From an uncultured Planctomycetia bacterium (GTDB taxonomy: Bacteria; Omnitrophota; Gorgyraeia; Tantalellales; Tantalellaceae), in contig CAZNEE010000001.1 in the NCBI GenBank assembly GCA_964572255.1, positions 66,223 to 130,222 on the forward strand: a stretch of 64,000 nt of DNA. The letters are read 5' to 3'. The translations under genes and the position numbers were made by a program. The notes beneath the pieces are model-generated. The model saw nothing but the letters and a program-made list of their open reading frames with translations, had not been told where the DNA came from and ran no database searches. Positions 24,201 to 36,200 of the stretch are shown here, one piece after another. Every line of letters begins with the position of its first letter. Positions within the stretch are counted from its first letter, which is position 1.

Positions 24201-27200
24201 TTATTAAAGGAGATGAAAGGTGCGGATCAGCATGCAAGAGATATAATCTTTAAGGTCATTAAGAAAATAGACTGGGAACCCGGAACTGTTGAGGAAAAAA
24301 TCTCATATTATACCGCTAAGGGAGATATTGAAAAACTGGTCTCTTTAAGAGAACCGGCCATAGGGGCTTTGTTGGATATATTGGAGGATGGAACCATAGA
24401 GAATAAAGCCGCAGCCGAAGAGGCGCTTGGCAGGATCAAAGTTCCTAAAACGGTGAAGGTAAAAGCTGAAAAGGATGAGCCCACTGAAAAGGATCCCGAA
24501 CTTGCCGAAACTACCATCTCTGGAATTTGTCCTCCGGCTAAATCATTCTCGACGTTAATACAGGACTTAAAAAGTTATAAAGCAGGGACACGTTTGGATG
24601 CGGCTAAAGCTTTGGGGGATTTGGGGAATAGAGATGCCGTGCCCTATCTTATTGAGATGTTGCACTGGAAGATACCATATGAAAATGATCATTTAACGCC
24701 GGATTGGTCTCCGACTAAAGCTGACGTAAGAAAGAAAGCTTTAGAGGTCCGCTCAGCTGTAGTGGAAGCTTTGGGGAAACTCAAAGATCCGAGGGCTGTT
24801 GATCATATTTTAAGTATAGCGACAGAACGCAGTTCATCGCACGGCTATATCCTGACAGAAACGGCAGTTATTGCCCTGGGGAAAATAGGCTCGCCGAAAG
24901 CCGCAAAAAGTATTATAGAGACTTTGGCTGATTGGAGTTATAAAGATATATCAATCGAGGCTTTAGTCAATATAGGCAAGCCGGCAGTTCCTGATCTATT
25001 GGAAGGAATTAAGACTAAGGGCGAGCGCAGCAGCTATACTCGTGCTCGTGATTACAGTAAAAATATCCGTGCATTTTGCGCTGAAGCTTTAGGAAGAATA
25101 CAGGATGAAAGGGCCTTAAAGCCTCTTATAAAGGCTTTAAGGGATGGAGACAGACTTGTTCGAGAACATGCCGCTATTGGATTGGGATATTTAAAAGATA
25201 GCAAAGCTTTGCAGCCCCTCCTCAATGCCTTAAAAGACAAGGAAAGTGATGTCCGTTCCGCTGCGGCGATAGCTTTGGGAAGAATAGAGGATGAGCGCGC
25301 TTTCAATGCCTTGATAAAAGCTTATAAAACGGAGAATAAAGGATACGGCGAGGAAGAATCTCTTGTCAGGGCGATAGGACATTTTAATAATTTTCTGGCA
25401 ATAAATATTTTAGCGAGTCATGCGGAAGAAGGGACTTCTGATCTCAATAAGTTCATTTCAGAAAGATTAGTCGAAATAGGCGAGCCGGCTGTTAAGTTCT
25501 TGATAAGACGTATAAATTATGACGAAGCCAGAAATATATTAATCAAGATCGGTGATCCCGCGATAAAGCCCATTCTGGAAATCTTTAGAAATGGCGATCG
25601 CCAACAGCGCATTAGTGCATATACGGCTCTTAAGAGGATGGATAATCTTCCCAAAGGGCCGTTCATCGAAAAGCTCGGACATAAGGATCTTCTAATGCGT
25701 GAACAATCCATTGAGATATTGACCAAATTAGGATGGGAACCCGGCACTCAGGAAGAAAAGATCTATTATTATATTGCCAATAAGGATTATGACGCAGTGT
25801 CAAAAATAGGCGAACCCGCAGTGGATGTCCTTATTGAAGCTTTGGAATATGAAGATGTAGGGTCGAGAGAGAACGCTGCCAGGATTTTAGGAGAACTCGG
25901 CAGTAAAAGGGCCGTTTTACCTCTTGCCAATATTTTGGAAGATAAAGATCTTAGAAATGATGTTTCCGCAGCCTTGAGAAAGATCGTAAAGACATCTGAA
26001 GCTTTAGAGGAGTTGGAGGAAGCTTATAAAGTGGGAGACAGGGAAAGAATAGATGCTCTTGAGAAGATCCTGACGGAGATCGATAAACCTGCTCTAGTTA
26101 CATGGAAGCAGGAGAGGATGAAGAAACAAGTCCCAGCTTTTAAGAAATACCTCACCCTGGGCGGTATCAGCTTGCTTGTCCTGACTCTCTTAGGCGGAGT
26201 TATTGCTGCGATAAGAAAAGTCTCAAAAGTCAAAAAAACCAAAGCCGAAAAAGATGACTCCGGTCACGCTTTTAGGGCTTTAAGCGGAGTGGCAGCTTCG
26301 GGTATAGCTCTGCTGTTTACAGGAGGGGCTTTTGTAGGTGTTTTTTATGCATGGAGCGCCGGGGGATTGGTGCTTAATATCGCAGGAGGGGCTGCTTTAT
26401 CTTTCGGCATTTACCTGGCCGTAGTTTCAGCGAGGTATTTTTTCTTGGGTAGAGCCACTTATATTGCCATGCGCGATGAAAAACTATCCTTTAAAGACGC
26501 TCTCACTATACCCATAGCAACAGCTAACATATCCCGCCATCGCCACAAAGCATATGAAGGTCTTTCATATAAAAATAAAAAATTGATCGACCTGCACGAG
26601 TCTTACAAAAGCCATTTTATAGGCATGCTCGCTTTAATGTTTTCGTTCATTCCGGGCCTGGTAAGCTCCAAGGCAATTAACAGGCTTACAATGATATCCA
26701 TTCTTTCTATGACGGTTTATAAATTGTGCGTTTGGAATGCGGCTTCAGCGTTTGCTTCCGGCATAATAACGAATCTTTTGGTGGTGCATCTGGCTTGGCA
26801 GGTTTTAATTTTCATGAGAGTTATATTTGAGAAGTTTTTCGGGACAAGTTGGGGGTACTTGCACGAAGGCTCCGAGAGCTTTATATCGCTTTCCATGATA
26901 CTTGTAAACGGCGCTTTTCTTTATTTAGGTCTCCTGAACCCCGCGCTTTTATCCCCTGTTGTTCTATTTTTCGCTCTTGCCGTTCTTATGTATGCAAATG
27001 ACGATCATCAGTACAGAAGCAGCGTTATAGAATTTTCCTTTTTGCCGATCGTTCTTTTCTTGGTACTTGGCGTATCTTTATTTACCAAGGTAAAAATGGC
27101 TTCCATGGATACCGTTGAAGTGATGAAAACAGCGGTGCAAGTCAAAGACGTCAGGAATCCGCGCAATATGCGTTACATGATGAGAAGATACTGGGCCGCA

Positions 27201-30200
27201 GAGGTTTTAGCGAACAGAAAAAAGGAAGAAGTGATACCGCAGCTTGTCAGTGAACTGAACAATGAAAATATGGATATAAGAGAGATCGCCGCTGAAGCAC
27301 TTTATAAATTGAACTGGGAGCCCAAAAACGCCGAAGAGGAATTTCTGTATCATGTTGCCGGGAGAGATATTGAAAAATTATCCTCTTTAGGCAAGGCCGC
27401 CACCAAGCCCCTGTTGGACATTTTAAAAGAGGGGAATAGGGATGAAAAGATCGCCGCCGCAAAAGCTATCGGCAGAATTAAAGACCCCGAGACGGGCCCG
27501 GGACTCCTGGATGCTTTAAAAACCGCATCAAGCAAATATTACGGAGATCCGAAACTGGAAATAGTTTTGATCGAGGCTATAGGAAATATAAGATTCGGTA
27601 AAGCCGTACCGCTATTATTAAATGAGCTTAAAGAGGGAAATACTGCGGCAAGGAAGGCTCTTGTTAAAATAGGCGAACCCGCTGTAGAGCCTTTGGTGAA
27701 GATGCTCGAACATGAGAAAACAGTGTTTAAGCGGGAAAAGTATGAGGGAATATTAATAGAAATAGGCAAGCCGTCAGCAGCTGTTGAAAGACTTCTGGAA
27801 GGTGGATCTTTCCATAACCGTGAGTCAGCCGCGAAGATACTTTTCAAGATAGGGCTTTACACTAAAGAGCTCAGGATAAAACGCTGCAAAGCAGACCTTA
27901 AGGATGAAAACTGCAGCGATATCGCCAAGGCTAAAGCGGAGGAAGCGCTTCGTAAGCTTGGTGAAGTTCCGGAAGAAGGAAAGACATATAAAGATATATG
28001 GGATTCGGAAGAAGCTCGAAAAGAAAAGATCGGTAAGTTGATCAAAGATTTTGAAAGCAACGATGAGAAAAAGCAGTCCGCTGCTGTAAGAGAGCTGGTA
28101 AGAATAGGAAAACCCGCCGTTCTTGACCTGATCGAAGCTTTGCAGGAAAATTTTGCTCCTGTGGAACAGTCCGCGGCTAAAGCTCTTGCGGAAATAAAAG
28201 ACCCCAGAGCTATCCAGCCTTTATTTGATAAGATGGAGAATGACGATTTTGACGAGACGAGAATGGTTGCGGCCGAAGCGCTCAAACAGATGGGCTGGGA
28301 ACCTAAGACCGATCATGAAAAAGCCGTTTATTATATCGCGATCCAGGCCTGGGATAAATTAGTTGAAATAGGCCCGGCCGCTGTTCCAAAAATTATTCCG
28401 CGGCTTAAGGATGATTCACCGCGCGTAAGGATCAATATTATTAACACGTTAGGAAGGATCAAAGATCCGAGCGTCATTACGCGTCTTATCCAGTCATTAA
28501 GGGATGAACCTATAAATGAAAATGTTCAGTGGAATAAGGAGCATTACGCAGAGGTGTTGGGAGCGCTAAAAAGAGCATTAAAAGCTTTTGGTGAAGAGAT
28601 AGTTCCTCATCTTAAGAGGGAACTTAAAGAAGGCAATGGGAAAAGCAAAAAATGGTCTATAGATATCCTTGAAGATGCGGGAGCCTTAAGTAAAACCGAT
28701 CTTTTAGAGGCTTTAAAGGATGAACATTATTCCGTTCGGGAGTTTGCGGTACTGGCTTTAGGTCGGAGAAATGACCCCTCAGTTATCGATAGACTGATAG
28801 AGGTTTTTAATGCCGAAAAATTTGAGGTCAAGAAATTTTCAAAAAGCGGAGGTTTTGCTGTCAGGGAAGCGGTTGTCGTTGCTTTAAGCGATATCGGCGG
28901 GGAAAAGGCGGCCGGGTTTCTTATAAAGGCTTTAAAGGATAAAGACTGGGATGTACGCGAAAAGGCCGCAACGGGACTTGGAAAGCTGGAAGAAAAGAGA
29001 GCGGTCAGGCCTCTTATAACAGCTTTAAAGGATAGTAATGTTGATGTAAGGAAACAGGCAGCATGGGCATTGGGTCAAATAGGCGGTAAAGAGGCGATCA
29101 ATGCGCTTCTTGGTGCTTTAGAGGATGATGCTAAAGATGTTCGCGAGGCGGCAAAAGACGCTTTAAGAAAAATAGTGATCGCGGGAGAGAAGCTCAAAGA
29201 GCTCGAAGAAGCTTATAAGAAAGAAGACAGAGAAAAAATAACGGAGATCGAGGACATATTAAGTATCGTCAATAAAGACGCGCTTGAAGAGTGGAAACAA
29301 GATCGGATGAAAAAGGAATTTCCGAAGTTCGGTAAGTATTTAACTGTCGGCGGTATTATAGTTTTTCTTTTTGCCCTGATAAGCGCATTCGGGATCGCTG
29401 TATGGAAGACGATCAAAAAGCGCAAGAACCTTCTTCTAAGCATACTTCTTGCCGTTACATGCGCCGGAGCTTTTTATTATTTGAACGAAGCTTTTCAATT
29501 TGCTGATGAGGGCGGGATCTTTTCTTTGGCCGGTGCTCCTTTCTTTCCTGTCGGCGGGATCATAACGGAAGGCGGAATTGATCCGATCCTTGCTAAAGAA
29601 ATGACAAAGTTCCATAAGCTGATGGTGAAGTCCGCTAAGAAAAAGATAATAGGGCAGGACCTTCGCGCTCCTTACGAGTTTACCAGAAGGGACAGAAGAA
29701 GATGGGCGAATTTCATTAATAAATACAGAAGTGAGATGGGGATAACGAAGGCCTTCATTAAAGGGGCAAGGTATGTTTACGGCGACAGGATGCGCACTCC
29801 CGACGATGAAGAAAAATTCATAAAGATCTTTAAGTCTTTGGATCTTAAGGCTATTGCCGATGCTGACCCGGTGGATGTTGATCTTGAAGACCTTCTTAAG
29901 ACGGGGAATATAGAATATTTTACCGAACTTATAGGAAGCAACCCTGCGGCTTTATATTCTTTCTGCGTGAGGTCAGACGATGATGTCGTTAAAGAAATAA
30001 CGGATATGATTTCAAGCGAGGATATAGATGCCCAGAAAAAAGGCATCTTAAGCTGGGCGTTCCTGCCGGACGATGTTGCGGAATACCTTGTTGCTTATGG
30101 GTTACATTTTGATGACCACAGGCTGATCGAAGCCGCGGTCCGGGTAGCGGGAAGAAAAAAAATCTCTAATTTCAACTCTCAAATACTGAAGTTCTCCAGG

Positions 30201-33200
30201 AACGGAGATATGGAGCTGGCCGCATCATCTTTAGAGACTTTAGCGGAAACAGGTGACGCCGAGATCGCCAGTGAAGTATTTAAGGATCTCATGACATCCG
30301 GTGATCAGCTTTTTAAGATATTCAAAACAAGAGCCAGGGTAGTGGCGCTTCTGGGTCACGACAAGGATGAATACATCGAAAAGTTCCTGAGATCCCTTGA
30401 GAATTCTTTAGGCGCTAATTTCCCTCAGGAAGCAAGGGATGTTCTGGTGGACGCGATCGTGGAATTGGGCGGCAGAAAGATAGCGGAAAATAGCTTAATT
30501 GCCATACAGCATGCTGCAGCCGGCAGTGTCAGGTCTGATGTTAATAAAGTTCTTTTAAGACTAAAGCAGTCACAAGGGATGGGGAAGAACGATCATTTGC
30601 ATTTTGCCGATCAAGAGGTTGTTGAGCTGGGGAAAAAGCTAAAAGGGATCTCCAGAAGCATTTCATCAGGTTTCAGAAGAGCTTTAATTGAGAACTCAGC
30701 GCGTTATCAGGATTTTTCCGAGAATCCCGAGATCTTCTACAGGAACGGAAGATCATTACAGTTCATCGATACCAAACTGCCCATAAACGGGAGAGATGAA
30801 GATAAAGGCTTTGTCCCGGATGAATCCACGACCCGTATCGTACCTATATTAAGAACGGTGCAGGACCTTGAGAAGATAGCCCAGGCGGCAGAGATGGAAG
30901 ATCCTCTGCTTCTTGTGGGCGAAACGGGTGTAGGGAAAACAACACTTATAAGATACCTGGCAAGGCTCAGCAACAATAACGTCCGAAGGTTCAACCTGAA
31001 CGGCCAGACCGATAAATTCGAATTTATCGGCGGCTATAAACCCGAACAATATACCTTATCCAGGGATCAGGCTTACAACGTTGTTGAGGGCCTGTTGAAA
31101 AAGGAAACGGGTCACTCAAAAGAAGAGATCGTAAGAGCTGTCAGGATCATAAGCGGTCAGGATAAAACTTGCGAACAGGCCAAAGATATCCTGCGCCAGG
31201 CTTTTGAGAACAAAAATAGCGAAACGATTTCAGCTATCGCCGAAGCTGTGATGAACAAGTCATTTGAATTTAAGTGGCATTACGGCGTGTTGATAGAGGC
31301 CATGAGGAGAGGTCATTGGCTGATATTGGATGAGATAAACCTGGCCGAACCCGAGATCGTTGAAAGGATCAGGTATCTTTTGGACGCGCATTCCCATCTG
31401 AAACTAAGTGAATACAACAATGAGAACTGGATCGATTCACGTGATTATGATGAGATGGTCGCAAAATACATCAAAAAGCATGAAAGGTCCGGGAAAGACA
31501 AAGAAACGCTTACGAAAGAAATTGTTGAAGATCTCACCAGGCAAGGCATCCACAGGATCCATCCCAATTTCAGGCTTTTTGCCACTATGAACCCCTTCGG
31601 GTATGAAGGAAGAAAAGAGCTTTCTGCGGCGCTCATGAACAAGTTCAATGTTAAATACATAAAACAGTTCGAGCCGGATGATATTAAAGGTATCTTAAAG
31701 ACCAAGTATAATTTCAGTGAAGATCTTTTGGATAAGATCATAAGCATTCATTTTGGATTGACCGATGTATCGGGCGTAGGCGGAATGCTCGGCAGGAATG
31801 AGGGCATTACTTATTACTATACGATAAGACACGTCTTCAGATTGGCTGAGAGGTTGAAAAGGGATTCTGAGAATACAGGAGATACTGTTATAAAGGATTA
31901 TCTGCTTCAAAAAGAAATTATTGAAATTTACGGAGACGGACTAAGGACTGAGGATGATGAAAAGATATTCAGCAGCATTTTATATAAAGTTATACCTTCA
32001 TCCAGGTTCATGAAGAACGATACATCTAAGAAAGTAACGGATAACACCGAAGAAGGGACCGTTAGAATAGGCGATGTGGTTTTACCCGTAAATCCGGATG
32101 GAGGCAGTTTAGTCCCCGGTGAAGATTCAAAGCTTCTTCTTGTAAAGACGACAAGAGAATGGCTTGAGAAAATAGCAAAATGTATCCTGATGGATGAAAA
32201 ATCTCTTTTTATCGGACCTACAGGCGCCGCAAAGACCTCAATGCTTCGTTATATAGCTCACCTCACTAACAATGAGTTTATAAGGGTCAACCTTGATTCT
32301 TATGCCGACACGTCGGATCTGATAGGTAAGTACATACCCAAGGAAGACACGAAGGGCGAACTTAGATGGGAGGATGGCGTTCTTATCAAGGCCATGGAGA
32401 AAGGACAATGGATGCTTCTTGATGAATTCAATCTGGCCGATCCGGATATTCTGGAGAGGATAAATTCCCTTCTTGACGATGACGGGGCGCTTGTTGTTAC
32501 TGAACATAATCACGAAAGATGGGTGCCGCACGAAAAGTTCGACAGACTTAAAGCCGCGGGACACGATATGAGCGGCCTGAGAAGGATCCATCCCAATTTC
32601 AGGATATTCGCCGCGATGAACCCCGAAAGATATGCGGGAAGGAACAGGCTTTCAAGGGCGATGATGAACAAGTTCAATGAAAAATGGATCAGCGGTTACA
32701 TGAGTGAAGATGAAATAAAGCATATAGCATATTTTTACGCTACTGACGGATCTATCATGGAGGAAGAACCCCTGGAGGGAGAGATCGCGGATCAAGCATC
32801 AGCAATATTAAGCGCAGTTTATCTGCGGGTAAGAGAGATGCTTGAGAAGAACGAGCTGGGTAGAGGCAAGATAAGCGGGATAAACGCCGAAGAATATAAT
32901 TTCAGTCTCAGGGACCTTAAAGATTGGAGCAAATTTGTCAGAAAATTGCATGGTGAGATGGGGATAAACAGGGCGATAATCGAAGGAGCGCTGTACGTGT
33001 TCAGGGACAGGCTGGAAGGGATAGATGATAAAGGTATTTTCAGGGACGAAATTTTAAAGCGAATAATACAGATAGGCAACGGGCATGAAAGTGTGGATAT
33101 AGACAGATTAGATGTTCTCGAGGAAGAAGGAAAAAGCGCTGAAGAACTTATAACCGATGTCAAGGTCACGGACGATGATATGAATGTGCTCCAGAGGACC

Positions 33201-36200
33201 GAGATCGCGGAGATCGTTGATATGTTCGATAACTTGTGCATGAATTTCCCTAAATATTTACATGATGATCAGGGATTGAACGAGATCCGCAGAAGACTGT
33301 TGACCCCGGGCAGCGAAGCTGCCGGCATCAGGGGTTTTGCTCTTCTTCCGGAGGATGTTGCGGAACTGCTGCTGGATATCGTCCTGGACAGCGTAAATCC
33401 CGAACTGTTGATGGCGGGATGTGAAGTTGCCGGCCATTTAAAGATTGATTCCTGTAATGATAAGCTTCTTTTCCTCCTGAAACACGATGATTTTAATGTC
33501 AGGGCAGCCGCGGCATTTGCGATCGAGAATGTGGGTTTAAGATTTAGGGATAAAGATCTGGGAAGGCCGGAAAAACTGGAAAAGAAAGTGTTAGGAAAAA
33601 TATTATTGACGGAGAAGGAAGGGGGTCAGTCGGTCGGGGATTATCTCGGACTTAAGTGGATCTTTAGGCGTTTGTGGATACCGTGCCTCGGGACAATGAT
33701 CCCGTTTCTTGGTCTTCTTTTCTGGATGCCCCTGCCGTATTGGCAGGCTGCGGGCGGACTCCTTTTCTCGCTTTCAGCAGTATATATTTTCTCTTATATA
33801 GTTCTTATAAAATTCGCGTATCCCTTTATATACGGCGAACAATCGGAAGCAATTAAAAAGCGTTACGAAACTTTACCCTTAACATTAGATGATTATTATA
33901 AGTTATATGAGCCCGGCAACAGATATAAGATCAAACTTCCTTATCATTTGAAATCAAAGCCTGTTTTCGGCGAAGACAGTAAACTCAGAGCTTATGCGCT
34001 TCCTATCTTTTCCATGGCAGGCATGGTTTTTGCCGCTTTTACAGGTTACGGCGGTTATATCGGAGGGTTTACAACCGTCTCAGGCATGATAACACTTGTT
34101 ATATTTGAAATTTTGATGGCAGTGATGGGATTATTTTTCAGCATAGGATTTTTTGTATTGCTGACCAGCTGGATCGCAACCATGGGGGAAGTTTTCTCCA
34201 AGCCTTTAATGAAACGGTTTTTAAAAGGGCCGGAACCGGAAGATGACGGATTTAAAATAACGCTTCCTTATTCTGAAGGAACGATCGAATTGTTCGAGCG
34301 ATACAAGCAGGATCAGGAAGCGAAAAGAAAAGCTTTATTGAGCAAAGGTTTGGCCGGTGAGGCGAAAAGTCCGGAAGATATTATAGGGGTCATGAAGGAC
34401 GAAAAAATAGTTATAAAAGACGGAAAGATAATAATAGACAATATAGAACTTGATATGAAAAATTCCCCGGAAGCTCTTGTACCTGACAAAGAAGCGGCAA
34501 AGCTTATAAATACCATCTCGGCCGTTAGAAATATGAAAAAGGTCGCTATATCACTTTTACTTAATGAACCGGCTCTTCTGGTCGGAGAAAGCGGTGTAGG
34601 TAAGACTTCGGTCGTCAGGTACCTGGCATCTCTTGTGAACTGGGGGTTCAGGAGGTTCAATCTTAACGGCCAGACAGAGAAAACCGAACTTATAGGAGGT
34701 TTTAGGCCGGACGAGAACGGTCAGTTCAAATGGGTTGACGGCATATTGATCAACGCTATGAGGGAGGGGAGCATTCTGGTCCTTGATGAGATCAACCTGG
34801 CAGAATCACAGGTGCTTGAAAGGATAAATTCCCTTCTTGATGATGACAGGCATATAAGCATTCCGGAGAAAGACAACATGCAGTGGATAGATTCGAGAAA
34901 ATACGATCTCAAGGTAAAGGAAGTAACAGAAAAAAATAAAGTGACCGAAGAAGAAGCCCGAGAGATCCTCACTGAAAAGAAAATTTTCAGGATCCATCCC
35001 GATTTTCGTCTTATTGCCACGATGAACCCCGTGGAATACGCCGGCAGAAATATTCTTTCACCGGCTTTGATGAACCGTTTCAAGGTCAAATGGATCGATG
35101 AGATGTATTCGCTGGAAAGGGTGGCCATATTCAACAATATGTTCAAAAATTCCGCGGGAGGGCCTCTTTTGGATCTTAATATAGTTGATAGGCTGGACTG
35201 GCTGCATACAAGGATCAAGGATACCGCTCAGGCCCGGAGTATCGGGGAGCAGGAGGTCGACCCTTATTATTATTCAATAAGAGATTTTATCAAACTCGGG
35301 TTTAGGATAAAAGAAGCGATCGGTAAAAAAGAGAGGGACGAGGACCGTAAACTTAATAGAGAAGAAAGAACGGATATAGCGATAAGAGAATCCGTATTAG
35401 TTTATGTGGACAGGATAAGGGATGCTGAGGAAAGAAACAGGCTTATCAGCGTGGTTGAGGATTTTCTGGGGGGTTTTGACACATCCGGGATTGAAGCCGC
35501 GGGAATAAGTGATACACCGGATAAAGTAAGGATCGGCGATATTGTTCTTGATAAGAACGACGGCAGGGGCCCTTATGTTCCGGGCAAAAAGTCGGTTCTT
35601 TTTGATACTCCTACAACGAATCGTTATCTTGCCAAACTCGCCGAGATGGTGCATTTAAATGAAACACCGCTTATGGTAGGGCCGACCGGATCCGCCAAGA
35701 CCTCTATAGTAAGATATCTTTCCTATTTAACAAAAAACAATTTTGTGAGAGTGAATCTTGACGCGCAGACGGACACTTCCGAGATAATCGGATCATATAT
35801 TCCGGTCGAGGATCGGGAAGGGGAATTCGAATGGAGGGACGGTCTTTTGGTGACGGCTCTTAGAAAGGGTTACTGGGTCCTTTTGGATGAGCTTAACCTG
35901 GCCGATCCTGAGATATTGGAAAGGATCAATTCGCTGATAGATGACGAGGGTTGTCTTATAATTACCGAGCATGAAGGCGAGAAGATAATGTCGGCCAAAG
36001 AGTACGACAGAAAGGTTGCCGAATATGTAAGAGGGAGAAAAATAGTGTCCGATCCAAGGAGTGAAGAGGAACTCACCCTGGAGGCGAAGGAGCATTTAGA
36101 GAAGGAAAAGATATACAGGGTACATCCCAACTTCAGGCTGTTCACAGCCATGAACCCGGCAAGGTATTCGGGCAGGAACAGGCTTTCGCTTGCCATGAGA

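Larger units (their letters stand above)
15550..29190 (+). other. Region holding six HEAT/PBS-lyase-type repeat arrays (approx 15550-17000, 18130-18900, 19250-20570, 20900-22950, 24090-26000, 27130-29190). They alternate with module junctions and membrane segments, and also contain a second ~40-aa repeat type (L.WEP...EEK..Y.IAK.D...L.EIGEPAV..L...L).
   Basis: Repeated DxDxxVRxxAAxALGxIGDxRAVEPLIxALKD units read directly from the translation. Junction motifs sit at approx 17000-17125, 18905-19040, 20575-20705, 22958-23085, 26008-26130 and 29199-29320. Confidence 0.6.
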
